Positions 10,746 through 22,388 are shown, numbered from the stretch's first letter. The stretch is DNA of 59,691 nt from Hydrurus foetidus (GCA_900617105.1 UYFQ01000506.1:310001-369691); one strand, 5' to 3'. Notes: a model not told the origin generated them from the letters alone. A program made the numbers and translations.

Positions 10746-12632
10746 CTACCGCCGCCCGAACAGCCGCTCGATATCGGCGAGTTTCAGCTCCACATAGGTC
10801 GGCCGGCCGTGGTTGCACTGGCCCGAATGGGGCGTGGCCTCCATCTCGCGCAGCAGGGCGTTCATCTCGGCCCCGTTCAGGCGGCGGCCGGCGCGGACGC
10901 TGCCGTGGCAGGCCATGGTCGAGCACACTGCTTCCAGCCGCTCCTTCAGCGCCAGGGCCTGACCGTTCTCGGCCAGATCGTCGGCGATGTCGCGCACCAG
11001 GCCGGCGGCGTCGGTCTTGCCCAGCAGGGCCGGGGTCTCGCGCACCAGCACCGCGCCGGGGCCAAAGCTCTCGATCACCAGGCCCAGGGCCGCCAGTTCC
11101 TCGGCGCGGGCCAGGATGCGCTCGGCCTCGGCGGGGTCCAGGTCCACCACCTCGGGCAGCAGCAGGGTCTGTCGCGCGACGCCGCCGGACTCCATCTCGC
11201 CCTTCATGCGCTCATAGACCAGGCGCTCGTGGGCGGCGTGCTGGTCGACAATGACCATGCCGTCGCGGGTCTGGGCGACGATATAGGTCTCGTGCACCTG
11301 GGCCCGGGCCGCGCCCAGCGGGAAATCGACGGGGTCGAACGGCGCGGCGGCATAGTCGCCGGCCTGTGGATAACTTCGCGCCGCGTCGCCGTTCTGGACC
11401 GCTTCATAGGCCTGGCCCAGCACGTCGCTGAAGCCGGGCTCGACCCGGGCCGACACGTCCGACAGGCCCGGCAGCCCCTGCGGACGCGGCGGCGCCCAGC
11501 CGCCCTCGCGCCAGGCCGAAAAGCCGGCCGGCGAAGGATCGGCGCGGAACTGGAACGGTGAGCCCCCTTGGGCGCGGATGCTGTCCAGCGCCGCTGTCGC
11601 CACCGTGGTCGAGGCCCGGTGCCCGGCCCCGGCCAGGGCATGGCGCAGCGCCCCGACGATCAGGCCGCGCACCAGGGCCGGATCGCGGAACCGCACCTCG
11701 GCCTTGGCAGGGTGGACGTTGACGTCGACCTCGGCGGTGTCGAGCGACACATAGAGCGCCGCCGTCGGGTGGCGGTCGCGGGCCAGGAAGTCGGCATAGG
11801 CGGCGCGCAGGGCGCCCTGCAGCAGGCGGTCACGCACCGGGCGGCCGTTGACGAACAGGTACTGATGAGCCGCGTTGCCGCGATTATAGGTCGGCAGGCC
11901 CGCAAACCCGGTCAGGCGCACGCCGTCGCGGGTCTGGTCGATCTCGATGGCATTGTCCTGGAAGTCGCGACCCAGCACGGCGGCCAGACGCGCCAGACGG
12001 CCTTGCGGTCCCGGATACTCGGGCGGCAGGCGCAGCACCCGGCCCGTCGATATCCAGTGAAAGCCGACCGCCTCATGGGCCATGGCCTGGCGCTTGATCT
12101 CCTCGGTGATCGCCAGGGCCTCGGCGCGCTCGGACTTCATGAACTTCAGCCGGGCGGGGGTAGCGTAGAACAGATCCCGCACCTCGATCCGCGCGCGTGC
12201 GGACCGGGGAAGGCGGCGGGGCCACCTGCCGACCTGGCCGCCCTCGACCAGAATCGAGTGGGCGTCCTTGGCTCCCTTGGCGCGGGAGCTGATCTGGAGG
12301 CGGGCCACCGAACCGATCGAGGGCAGGGCCTCGCCCCGGAAGCCCATGGTGTGGATGCGCAGCAGGTCCCACAGACCGTCGGCGTCGGGGGCCAGTTTCG
12401 AGGTGGCGTGGCGCTCGATGGCGACGGGCAGTTCCTCCGCCGACAGGCCCATGCCGTCATCGGCCACCAGGATGCGGGTCAGGCCGCCGCCATGGGCTTC
12501 CACCTCGATGTGGGTGGCTCCGGCGTCGATGGCGTTGTCGACCAGTTCCTTGATGGCGCTCGCGGGCCGTTCCACCACCTCGCCGGCGGCGATGCGGTTG
12601 ACGGTTTCCGGGGGCAGTCGAAGGATCGGCAT
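10746..12632 (-). CDS. mutL: DNA mismatch repair protein MutL
   Basis: [51 protein letters not shown]. Confidence 0.99.
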   Translation of the reverse strand: MPILRLPPETVNRIAAGEVVERPASAIKELVDNAIDAGATHIEVEAHGGGLTRILVADDGMGLSAEELPVAIERHATSKLAPDADGLWDLLRIHTMGFRGEALPSIGSVARLQISSRAKGAKDAHSILVEGGQVGRWPRRLPRSARARIEVRDLFYATPARLKFMKSERAEALAITEEIKRQAMAHEAVGFHWISTGRVLRLPPEYPGPQGRLARLAAVLGRDFQDNAIEIDQTRDGVRLTGFAGLPTYNRGNAAHQYLFVNGRPVRDRLLQGALRAAYADFLARDRHPTAALYVSLDTAEVDVNVHPAKAEVRFRDPALVRGLIVGALRHALAGAGHRASTTVATAALDSIRAQGGSPFQFRADPSPAGFSAWREGGWAPPRPQGLPGLSDVSARVEPGFSDVLGQAYEAVQNGDAARSYPQAGDYAAAPFDPVDFPLGAARAQVHETYIVAQTRDGMVIVDQHAAHERLVYERMKGEMESGGVARQTLLLPEVVDLDPAEAERILARAEELAALGLVIESFGPGAVLVRETPALLGKTDAAGLVRDIADDLAENGQALALKERLEAVCSTMACHGSVRAGRRLNGAEMNALLREMEATPHSGQCNHGRPTYVELKLADIERLFGRR

Positions 12633-12772
12633 GGTCGGGCTTTCGAGGCGGGGCGGCGAAGCCGACCTGGCATTGCGTCTTCGTAATTTGACCCGGCGGG
12701 CGCCGGGCCCTTCAAGTCACGGAAGGCCGATCATTCTAGATCGATTCCACCACCCTTCGAGGATCAGAGATA

Positions 12773-13774
12773 GTGACGATCGGCTCCAAAGCATCCCAGA
12801 TCGCCGCCCTCGCCGGCGCGCTCGCCTTGCTGGGCGGCGCCCAGGTCCAGGCCCAGTCCGCGCCCATCGACCTCCAGCGGGTCGATCCGGAGGCCAATCT
12901 GGTCGAGGAACTGGTGGTCAACGCCAAGCTGCCGGGTCCCGCCTGGTGGAAGGTGTCCGACGCCGACAGCACCGTCTATGTGCTGGCGGTGCCGGCCATT
13001 GCCCCCAAGGGGTTGGCTTTCGACACCTCGGTGATCGAGCGGCGGCTGGACGGCGCCAACCGCCTGATCCTGGCGCCGGAGCCCAAGATCAATGTCGTGC
13101 GCGTCGTCAGCCTCGCCATGGGAGGCCGTCGCTACTTCCTGACCGACACCCCGATGCGCCAGACCTTGCCGCCGGACCTTCGCGCCCGCCTGGAGGCGCG
13201 CCTGAAGATCGCTGGCGAGGACGCCGACAGCATGGACGACATCAAGCCGGCCTTTGCCGGATTCCTGGTCGCCAACATGAAAACAGGCGGCTCGGTTTCG
13301 ATCAGCGGCGGCTCGGTCGGCGATCGCATCGAGAAGATCGCGCGCAAGGGTGACCTGCAGAAGCGCCCGAAGGTCCAGGAGCTTGAGGGCTATGATGTGA
13401 TCGACGCGCTGAAGGCCGTGGGCTCGCTGCCCAAGACCCAGCAGGAGTTCTGCCTGGACGCCGGCCTGCGCGAGGCGGATGCGGGCGGTCCCGGGATCGA
13501 AGAAACGGCCCGGCGCTGGGCCCAGGGCGACGTGGTCAAGCTGGCCGCCGCCGACCGTGGCTATCAGGCGTGCCTGTCGGCGACGCCGCGGGTGGCGACC
13601 GAGATCCGCCAGACCATCGACCGTTCGACCAGCGCCATCGAGGCGGCGCTGAAGACCCCTGGCAAGTCGGTGGCCCTGGTCAATTTCCGTCCTCTTCTGG
13701 CCGAGCAGGGCGTCCTGGCGCGCTTGCGCGCCAAGGGCTTCACGGTGACGACGCCGGCCGATAGCGCGCCCTAG
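12773..13774 (+). CDS. TraB/GumN family exported protein (paralog 1)
   Basis: Signal peptide; GPAWWKVSDADSTVYVL; GVLARLRAKGFTV. Confidence 0.8.
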   Translation: MTIGSKASQIAALAGALALLGGAQVQAQSAPIDLQRVDPEANLVEELVVNAKLPGPAWWKVSDADSTVYVLAVPAIAPKGLAFDTSVIERRLDGANRLILAPEPKINVVRVVSLAMGGRRYFLTDTPMRQTLPPDLRARLEARLKIAGEDADSMDDIKPAFAGFLVANMKTGGSVSISGGSVGDRIEKIARKGDLQKRPKVQELEGYDVIDALKAVGSLPKTQQEFCLDAGLREADAGGPGIEETARRWAQGDVVKLAAADRGYQACLSATPRVATEIRQTIDRSTSAIEAALKTPGKSVALVNFRPLLAEQGVLARLRAKGFTVTTPADSAP

Positions 13775-13836
13775 GCCAAGCTTTGGCCGCAAGGGCCGTG
13801 TCATGATCGTCTGATCAATCAGGGAAGCCGACCATC

Positions 13837-14768
13837 ATGAGATCTGCAGTTCTGGGCGCGGTGCTGACCGTCTTGTCGCCGCTCGTCTGCCACGCTCAGG
13901 TTCCTGAAGACCCGAGGCCAATCTGGTCGAGGCGCTGGTGGTCAACGCCAAGCTGCCCGGGCCGGCCTGGTGGCGGATCTCCGACGGCGACACCACGATC
14001 TACATGCTGGGCACCCTGGCCTCGCTGCCCAGGGCGCGGCTGGGATACGTCGGTGCTGGATCGCCGGCTGGACGGCGCCTTCGCCCTGATCCTGCCGCCG
14101 GTCGGCCGGGCGGGCGTGACCGACATCCCCGCCATGCTGAAACTGCGCGGCAAGCTGAAATCCGACCAGCCGCTGGACGCCGCCACGCCAGATCTCGCGC
14201 CTCGGCTGGCGAAGGTTCGCGCCCAGCTGGGCAAGAAGCCCGACGCCTATCGCGAATGGAGCCCGCTCGGCGCCGGGATCATGATCGCCATGGACTATCA
14301 GAAGACCACCAGGCTGGACTCGGGCGAACCCGAGCGCACGGTCGGCAAGCTGGCGCGCAAACATCGGGTGAAGGCCAAACCCGCCGGGACCTACAAGGCC
14401 ATGCCGGTGATGAAGGCGGCGGTGCGCGATCACTCCGACGAGGCGGGGCAGTTGTGCCTGGAGGGCGTGCTGAGCGAGGCCGAGGCCGGAACCGCTGCGA
14501 CCCGCTCGGCCGCCGCCGCATGGGCGCGGGCGACGTGCGCGAGGCCGTTGCCGGCCCACGCAATTTCCAGCGCTGCATCCGCAGCCTGCCGGGCATGGTC
14601 GAGCTGGAACAGCGGGCCATGGACGACGAGGTCGAGGCCCTGACCCAGGCGATGAAGACGCCCGGACACGCCGTGGCCCTGTTCTCGATTCGCGGCCTGG
14701 TGGCCCAGAACGGCCTGCTGGACCGCATGCGCGCCCGGGGCTTCACGGTGCGGACGCCGGGGGATTGA
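13837..14768 (+). CDS. TraB/GumN family exported protein (paralog 2, frameshifted)
   Basis: GPAWWRISDGDTTIYMLG; GLLDRMRARGFTV. Confidence 0.8.
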
Positions 14769-14785
14769 AACGATCTGGACGACTC

Positions 14786-14906
14786 GCTCCTCCTATCCTG
14801 ACCGCTATCGCGGTCGTCCTCCCCCGGAGGGGGAAGATGAGGTCGGCGCGTTTCATCTTCCCCCTCCGGGGGAAGACGGCTGCGAAGCAGCCCGTAGGGG
14901 GCAAGT
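14786..14906. repeat. palindromic intergenic repeat (CIR/REP-like), family shared with 48590-48688
   Basis: Inverted arms cctcccccggagggggaagatga / tcatcttccccctccgggggaag; about 40 bp near-identical to 48594-48636. Confidence 0.75.
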
Positions 14907-14916
14907 TCGCGGAACG

Positions 14917-14951
14917 AAAAACGGCCCGGAAGCTCTCGCCGCCGGGCCGTC
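14917..14951 (-). terminator. rho-independent terminator
   Basis: aaaacggcccgg...ccgggccgt hairpin downstream of the lipoprotein gene. Confidence 0.65.
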
Positions 14952-14974
14952 GAATTTTCGGATGTCGCTAAAGC

Positions 14975-15544
14975 CTACAGGCCCGGCAGCTTGATCCGGG
15001 TCTGCTTGTCGCGGCTGATCACCACCTTGCCAGGGCCCATCAGGGCCTTGAGGCGGGCTTCCTCGGCGCTGGCGTCGACCACCAGCGGGGCGTTGGCGCC
15101 GGTTTCGGTCGCGGTGGAGGCCACTTGCGCCGCCTTGTCCTTTTTCCAGAACATCACCTTGGAGGCGAAGCTCTCGTCCTTGTGGGCCAGGTCGCCGGTC
15201 TCGTCGTCGACGACGAAGCGGATCAGCGGGTCGGCCTTCTCGACGCCGGCGCGGGCGACCAGCAGCTTTTCACCGTCCGAGCGGCCGGCGGCCATGCTCT
15301 GGCCGATCAGGGCCTGACGGGCGGCGCTTTCGGGCTGCAGTTCCTGCGGGCGGGGCTCGCCGGGGGCCGGCGGGCGCAGGGCGTAGTCGGGCGGAACCAC
15401 CAGCGGAGCCTTGGTGACGACGCGGAATTCGTCGGGGACCACCTTGCTCATGCCGAGCGCCTTGGAGGCTGATTGGCAACCGGCGAGGCCCGTGGCGGCC
15501 ACGGCGGCCAGAACGCTCAGGGTCGCAACCCGATTGAAACTCAT
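14975..15544 (-). CDS. DUF3035 family lipoprotein
   Basis: Lipobox LAGC; PDEFRVVTKAPLVVPPDYALRPP.PGEPRPQE. Confidence 0.85.
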   Translation of the reverse strand: MSFNRVATLSVLAAVAATGLAGCQSASKALGMSKVVPDEFRVVTKAPLVVPPDYALRPPAPGEPRPQELQPESAARQALIGQSMAAGRSDGEKLLVARAGVEKADPLIRFVVDDETGDLAHKDESFASKVMFWKKDKAAQVASTATETGANAPLVVDASAEEARLKALMGPGKVVISRDKQTRIKLPGL

Positions 15545-15640
15545 GAACCGATGCTCCAGCGGGCCCGTGCGGGCCAAAATTTCGAGCGCTCTCGATACGA
15601 CATCAGCGCGCGGGCGCCAATGTCTCTTGCGATTGCGGCC

Positions 15641-16153
15641 TTATTCGGTCGGATGGGCCAGCTTGTCCTCGCCCGTCAGGAAACTGTCGAGCAGCAGGAA
15701 GGCCACGCCGACCGAGATGCCGGCGTCGGCGATATTGAAGATCCACGGGAAATAGAGGTCGCGCACGTCGATGAAGTCGGCGACCGCGCCATAGACGATG
15801 CGATCGATCAGGTTGTTGCCGATGGCGCCGCCGATGATCAGCCCCAGTCCGATGGCCATCAGCGGCCTGACCGCCTTGCGCGCCCAGATCGCCAGGGCCA
15901 CCACCACGACAGCCGAAAAGCCGGTCAGCAGCCAGCGGCTCCATTCGCCGTGGCCGTTCAGCAGGCCAAAGCTCATGCCCCGGTTCCAGACCATGGTCAG
16001 GTCCAGCGGACCGGGCAGGGGCAGCGTGCCCCGGGCCTGCAGGTCCAGACCGTGCAGGATCCACAGCTTGGACGCCTGGTCGAGCGCCACGGTGGTCACG
16101 GCGATGGCGTAGGCGATCCAGCCGTGGCGGGTGATGTTCAGGCGTGTCGTCAC
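15641..16153 (-). CDS. lspA: lipoprotein signal peptidase II
   Basis: LDQASK, WNRGMSFG, GGAIGNNLIDRI..GAVADF, FNIADAGI. Confidence 0.97.
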   Translation of the reverse strand: MTTRLNITRHGWIAYAIAVTTVALDQASKLWILHGLDLQARGTLPLPGPLDLTMVWNRGMSFGLLNGHGEWSRWLLTGFSAVVVVALAIWARKAVRPLMAIGLGLIIGGAIGNNLIDRIVYGAVADFIDVRDLYFPWIFNIADAGISVGVAFLLLDSFLTGEDKLAHPTE

Positions 16154-16190
16154 TTTGGCGGCCGCTCTCTCGTGAAGCTTGGACGTCTAT

Positions 16191-16355
16191 CTGAAATCCT
16201 CTCCCAGAGGGAGAGGAGGGACCCGCCGCGTAGCGGTGGGAGGTGAGGGGTTACGCCGCAACCGGCGCGCCGGCACGCCGTCCTGCGTCCGTAACCCCTC
16301 ACCCTCCCACGCAAGCGTGGGTCCCTCCCTCTCCCTCTGGGAGAGGGCTGAAATC
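16191..16355. mobile_element. MITE-like inverted-repeat element flanked by an 8-bp direct repeat
   Basis: Terminal hairpins cctctccc-aga-gggagagg at both ends, long inverted arms; ctgaaatc at 16191-16198 and 16348-16355. Confidence 0.7.
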
Positions 16356-19305
16356 AGGCTTTCTGGCTATCCCACCATGCCACAGCTTCGGCGTCGCGAA
16401 GGCTAAGCTCCGGATAGCGCGGATCGGTTCCGACCTCGGGCAGGATACGCCACGAGCGGGCGCATTTGTGACCTTCGGCCAGCTTCGGATCGACCGACAC
16501 GCCCTTGACCTCGTCGGTCGTGAACGCCCCGCCCTCGCCGGCGATCAGGGTCGCGGCGCTGGTGCGGAACACCTCGGCGGCGTCGAGGCCGTCGAAGGCG
16601 CTCAGCAGGTCAGGCTCGCTGACATGCACCACCGGCGCGGCCTCCAGGGCCGATCCGATGCGCTTTTCGCGGCGCTCGACTTCCAGGGCCCCGGTCACCA
16701 CCGACATCACCGTCTCGACCTTGGCCCAGCGGGCGGCCTCGGCGGGGTTTTCCCACTGCGCCGGCGTCGCCGGCATCACCCGCAGGCTGTTGGAGCCCGC
16801 CTCGGGGAAGCGCGTCATCCACGCCTCTTCCATGGTGAAGCTGGTCAGGGGCGAGAGCCAGATGGTCAGGCGCTCGAACACATAGTCCAGCACGGTGCGA
16901 TAGGCCCGGCGGCGCAGGGACGACGGCGCGTCGCAGTACAGGCTGTCCTTGCGGATATCGAAGAACAGGGTCGACAGGTCGCCCTGGCAGAACTCGATCA
17001 GCGGCCGCGTCACATCAGCGAAGCGATAGGTCTCGTAGGCGGCGCGGACCTGGCCATCCAGCTCCCACAGGCGGTGCAGGATGAACTTTTCCAGCGGCGG
17101 GAAGTCGTCGTAGTTCGTCACCCGCTCGGCCTCGTCGAAGCCGGCCAGGGCGCCCAGCAGGTAGCGCGTGGTGTTGCGCAGCTTGCGATAGGCGTCGGTG
17201 GTGGTGGCCAGGATGGTCTTGCCGATCCGCTGGTCTTCCGAATAGTCGACCATCGCCGTCCACAGCCGCAGGATCTCGGCGCCGCTTTCCTTGGTGACGG
17301 TTTGCGGCTCGATCGTGTTGCCCTTGGACTTGGACATCTTCTCGCCGTTCTCATCCTGGGTGAACCCATGGGTGAGAACCGCCTTAGCGCGCGGCCGCGG
17401 GTGCCGCAGCCTTCCAGAAGCGACTGGAACCAGCCGCGATGCTGGTCCGAGCCTTCCAGATACAGGTCAGCCGGCCAGTGGCTGTCGGCCCGGCCCTCGA
17501 TCGTGAAGGCGTGGGTGCAGCCGGAGTCGAACCAGACGTCGAGGATGTCGCCGACCTTTTCGTACTGGGCGGCGTCATAGGCCTCGCCCAGGAACTCGGC
17601 GTCGGGACGCAGGAACCAGGCGTCGGCCCCGCCTTCGCGGATGGCCGCCAGGATGCGGGCGTTGACGGCCTCGTCCATCAGCGGCTGGCCGCTGTCCTTG
17701 TCGACGAACATGGCCAGTGGCGTGCCCCAGGCGCTGGCGGCTGACCAGCCAGTCGGGACGGCTTTCCACCATCGAGCCGATGCGGTTGCGACCGGCGTCG
17801 GGTGGAAGGCGGTGTCGGCGATGGCCTGGACGGCGGTCTCGCGCAGGGTCTTGCCGCTGTCCAGCGGCTGATCCATGCGGATGAACCACTGCGGGGTGTT
17901 GCGGAAGATGATCGGGGCCTTCGAGCGCCAGCTGTGCGGATAGCTGTGCTCGACGCGGCCGCGGGCCAGCAGGTTTCCGGCCTCGATCAGCTTGTCCATG
18001 ACCGCGCCGTTGGCGGGGCCGAACTTGCCGGCCTTCTTGCCCTCGGTCTCGATGACCTTCAGGCCCGCGAACAGCGGCACGTGCGGGAAATAGGCGCCGT
18101 CGGGATCGACGGTGTCGGGGATGGAATCGAGGCTGTAGCCGCTCTTCAGCCAGACCAGATAGTCGTCCGCGCCGTGGCCCGGGGCGGTGTGGACAAAGCC
18201 GGTGCCGGCGTCGTCGGTGACGTGGTCGCCGGCCAGTAGTGGCACCTCGAAGGCAAAGCCTTCGTCGAACTGGGCCAGCGGGTGGGCGCAGATCAGACCG
18301 GTCGGGTCGATGGGTTCGACCCGGCGCCAGGTCGCGACCTTGGCGGCCTTGCGGACATCGTCAGCCAGCTTGTCGGCGACGATCAGGCGATCGCCGATCT
18401 TCGACCACGGGGCGAACTCGAGGTTCTCCTCCAGGGCTTCCACCTCATACAGGCCGTACTCGACCTTGGGGTTGAAGCTGATGGCGCGGTTGGCCGGGAT
18501 GGTCCACGGGGTGGTGGTCCAGATCACGACGCTGGCGTCGTTGGGCGGCAGGCGGAAGACATTGTCGCCGGCCGGATTGCCCGACAGCGCGTAGTGCTCC
18601 TCGTCATAGACCTTGACCGGGAACTTCACCCACACCGTCGGCGAAACATGGTCGTGGTACTCGATCTCGGCGTCGGCCAGGGCCGTGCGCTCGACAGGGC
18701 TCCACATCACCGGCTTGGAGCCGCGATAGAGCTGGCCCGAGGCAGCGAACTTGTGGAATTCGGCCACGATCGTGGCCTCGGACGTGAAGTCCATGGTGGC
18801 GTAGCGGTTCCACCAGTCGCCCAGGATGCCCAGGCGCTGGAACTCGACCTTCTGGGCCTCGATCCAGCCGCCGGCATATTCGCGGCAGCGCTTGCGGAAC
18901 TCCTCGGCCGGGACCTCGTCCTTGCGGCGGCCCTTGGCGCGGAACTCTTCCTCGATCTTCCACTCGATCGGCAGGCCGTGGCAGTCCCAGCCGGGCACAT
19001 AGTCGACATCATAGCCGAGGGCGAAGCGGCGCGGACCACGAAGTCCTTCAGCGTCTTGTTCAGGGCGTGGCCGATGTGGATCGGGCCATTGGCATAGGGC
19101 GGGCCATCGTGGAACACGAACAGCGGCGCGCCGTCGGCCTGGCGCTTGGCGCGCACCGCGCCGTACAGGCCTTGTCGGAGAGGGCCGCCCAGCCCTCCAG
19201 GATCTCGGGCTCCTTCTTGGGCAGGCCCCCGCGCATCGGGAACGGGGTGTCGGGAAGGAAGACGGTTTCGCGATAGTCGCGGGCGGGCGTGGCGTCGTCG
19301 GCCAT
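16354..19305 (-). CDS. ileS: isoleucine--tRNA ligase (several indels)
   Basis: [50 protein letters not shown]. Confidence 0.98.
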
Positions 19306-19464
19306 GGGAGAGCTATCCAGCTGGGAAGTTCGGAAAAGGGGTGCGGGTCTTGATCCCGGCGCGCGCTCGAACCTGCGTCCAGCGTTACGCCGGGCGGATA
19401 ATTCGCGAGGATTTCCGAACGAAGTCATGGTCTGGGGATCTGAGGATGGCATTGCGGGCAAGCA

Positions 19465-19570
19465 AGATGCTCCTCCGAGCGGGGCGAGCTGAGGAGCGAG
19501 CTGCTCGCTGACTGATGGGCCGCGCGATGGCCCCTCCGGCCCTTCGGGCCACGCCCCCCCAGGAGGATCT
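19465..19570. repeat. degenerate CIR/REP-like palindromic repeat
   Basis: Ends agatgctcct...aggaggatct; internal ggcccttcgggcc and gcgagc-t-gctcgc hairpins. Confidence 0.55.
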
Positions 19571-20658
19571 CTCCCCCGCTTCCTCACCTTCGGCGTGATC
19601 GACACCGTCATCAGCCGGCCCTCGCGGATCAGGGTGAACAGCGTCGGCTTGTTGATGGCGTGGTGGTCCAGGGCTCGCAGCAGGTCGTCCAGGCCGGTCA
19701 GGATCTGGTCGCCGGCCTGGATCAGCAGGTCGCCTTCCTTGACGCCGGCCTTGGCCGCCGGGCCGCCGGCATCGACGTGCGCGACGAACACCGCATAGGG
19801 CTGGGTGACGCCGGTGGCGCGGGCCAGGCCGGCGGGGATGGGGGCCTGCTGGGCGATCAGGCCGATCGAGCCGCGTCGCACGAAGCCGTGGTCCAGCAGT
19901 TCCTGGATCACATAGGTGGCCGTATTGACCGCCACGGCGAAGCACAGGCCGCGATAGCCGGCGATCACGGCGGTGGCGATGCCCACCACCTCGCCGGCGG
20001 AATTGACCAGCGGCCCGCCGCTGTTGCCCGGATTCAGGGCGGCGTCGGTCTGGATCAGGTCCTCGATCAGTCGGCCGCGCTCGCCGCGCAGGCTGCGACC
20101 CAGGGCCGAGACCACGCCGGTGGTCACTGTGGCCTCAAAGCCCAGCGGCGCGCCGATGGCGATCACCAGCTGGCCGCGTCGCAGCTTCTTGGAATCGCCC
20201 AGCCTGGCGATCGGAATGTCGATGTTCTGGTCGACCTTGAGGATGGCCAGATCGGTGTCGGGATCATCGCCCACGCAGCGCGCCGTCAGGCTGCGGCCCT
20301 CGGCGGTGATGACCACGTAGCGGGTGGCCCCCTGCACCACATGGCTGTTGGTCAGGATCAGCCCGCCCGGGGCGAAGGCGAAGCCCGAGCCGATGCCCTG
20401 CATGCGCGGGTCTTCCAGCATCGGATGCACGCGGACCACAGCGGGCCCCACCACCTCGACCGCGCGGACCACGGCGTTGGAATAGGCGTCCAGCAGGTCG
20501 CCATTGGGCAGGGCGCAATAGCCGCCCTCGACCTCGACGGCCTTGCCGGTGTCGAACACGAACTGGGCGTCGGCCGGATAGGACAGAATCTCGTGACGGC
20601 GCTTGGGCGCCGGGCGGCGCGCCCTGGCGAAATGCTCGTACTTGCGCGCTTTCAACAT
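19570..20658 (-). CDS. trypsin-like serine protease with PDZ domain (HtrA/S1C-like); 3' end uncertain
   Basis: GSGF, TNSHVV, DLAILK, QTDAALNPGNSGGPL; C-terminal PDZ. Confidence 0.9.
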
Positions 20659-20767
20659 CCCGCCCCCGTGGTGGTTAATGGAGGTTAACGGGGTGGGGCG
20701 ACGGGGGAAAGCTTTTCTCCTCCGCCGTGTGTCGGGCGGGACGCGCTAGGTGCTCCCCGGAGCCCGG

Positions 20768-20939
20768 GGCTATCGCCTATGGATGCCGCCTCCAGAAAAA
20801 GTTGTCATCCCGGACAAGCCTGGCGAAGCCGGGCGCCGATCCGGGACCGCCGGAAGCGCTGCGTTCAGGCGTCGGTCCCGGATCTTCGCGCTGCGCGCTC
20901 GTCCGGGATGACAGCCCTTGTTGGTCATAGGCGATAGCC
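20768..20939. repeat. nested palindromic repeats: inner GTCATCCCGG-type element (20803-20913) inside a 14-bp inverted-repeat pair
   Basis: Inner tgtcatcccggac...gtccgggatgaca; outer ggctatcgcctatg / cataggcgatagcc. Confidence 0.75.
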
Positions 20940-20966
20940 TCTCCCTCTCTGGGGGAGGATCCATAT

Positions 20967-21907
20967 CTAAAACCCCGGCGCCACGATCGCTCGGGCCTGG
21001 GCTTCATCGCGGCGGATCTGCTCGACCATCAGCTCGATGCTGTCGAACTTCAGTTCCGGTCGCAGGAAGGCGATCAGCTGGGTTTCGATGACCTGGCCGT
21101 AGAGGTCCTCGTCGAAGTCGAACAGCCAGGTTTCCAGACGCGTCTCGACCGTGCCGGTAGTGGGATTGTTGCCCAGATTGGCGACGCCGGGCACGGCGCG
21201 GCCGTCCGGCAGGCGGGTTCGGGTGGCATAGACGCCGAGTTTTGGCACCACATAGTCGATGATCTCGACATTGGCGGTGGGGAAGCCCAGCTGGCGGCCC
21301 AGTTGCTGGCCGCGCCGGACCACGCCCTCGATGGCGAAGGGCGGCCCAGAATCCGCGCCGCAGTCTCCGGATGGCCTTCGCGCAGGGCGTCGCGGACGCT
21401 GGTCGACGAGAACTTGTCGCCGGCCTTGCCCGCGACAGGCTCGGCGATCGAGACGCCAAAGCCGTGCTGGGCGCCATAGGCCTTCATCCCCTCGGGGCTG
21501 CCGGTGCGGCCCTTGCCGAACGAGATGTCGAAGCCGGCGGCCACGTGCTTCACACCCAGGCCCTCGACCAGAACCTGCTCGACGAACTCCTTGTCCGAGA
21601 AGCTGGCCATCTGGAAGTCGAACGGCAGCAGATACAGGATGTCCACGCCCATGCCGGCCAGAACGCGGGCCTGCTGCTCGGTGGTCATCAGGCGGAAGGC
21701 CGGCTCGCTCGGACGAAACAGCCGTCGCGGATGCGGGTCGAAGGTGACCACGCCCAGCGGCGTCTTCAGGGCCAGCGCCGCCCTGGCCGCCTCGGCGATC
21801 ACCTGCTGGTGGCCGCGATGCACGCCGTCGAAATTGCCCAGCGCCACGGCCGCGCCGCGCTCTGCGGACGACAGGTCCTTCCAGCCGTGAACGATTTTCA
21901 GCGTCAT
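20967..21907 (-). CDS. ribF: riboflavin kinase/FMN adenylyltransferase (frameshift ~21345)
   Basis: GNFDGVHRGHQ, GRQLGFPTAN, GVANLGNNPT, ETWLFDF. Confidence 0.97.
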
Positions 21908-22329
21908 CAGACGGCCTTGCGCGGAACCATGATCAGGGCCTCGCCCTCGACCACCGGCTTGCCGTTGACCAGACAGACCGTGGCCAGGGTGACGCGGGCC
22001 TTGGCCGCGTCGATCTCGGTGATGGTGGCCCGCGCGGTGACTTCATCGCCGATCTTGACCGGCCGCTTGAAGCGCAGCGACTGCGACAGATAGATCGCGC
22101 CGGGGCCGGGCAGGGTGGTGCCGATCACCGCCGAGATATAGCCGGCCGACAGCATGCCGTGGGCGATGCGCTCGCCAAAGCTGGTGGTCGCCGCGAACTC
22201 GGCGTCGAGATGCACGGGGTTGTTGTCGCCGGTCACGGCGGCAAAGGCGATGATGTCGGCCTCGCCGACGGTGCGAACCAGATCGGCGCTCTGGCCGACG
22301 CTGAGCTCTTCAAGAAACAGACCCTGCAT
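21907..22329 (-). CDS. MaoC family (R)-specific enoyl-CoA hydratase, PhaJ-like
   Basis: FAAVTGDNNPVHLD...RIAHGML. Confidence 0.9.
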   Translation of the reverse strand: MQGLFLEELSVGQSADLVRTVGEADIIAFAAVTGDNNPVHLDAEFAATTSFGERIAHGMLSAGYISAVIGTTLPGPGAIYLSQSLRFKRPVKIGDEVTARATITEIDAAKARVTLATVCLVNGKPVVEGEALIMVPRKAV

Positions 22330-22388
22330 GACGCGTTACCCTGCGGTTTTTTGTGCTTTGCGGCGCAATCTAGCGGCTCGTTCGGTCT

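Noticed and set aside
11365..11373. Perfect DnaA box tgtggataa
   Set aside because: Single site within the mutL linker, with no cluster or AT-rich unwinding region
19060..20658. Apparent in-frame fusion of the serine protease through a repeat into the IleS N-terminus
   Set aside because: Most likely a stop codon lost to an indel near 19570; ileS has its own ATG at 19305
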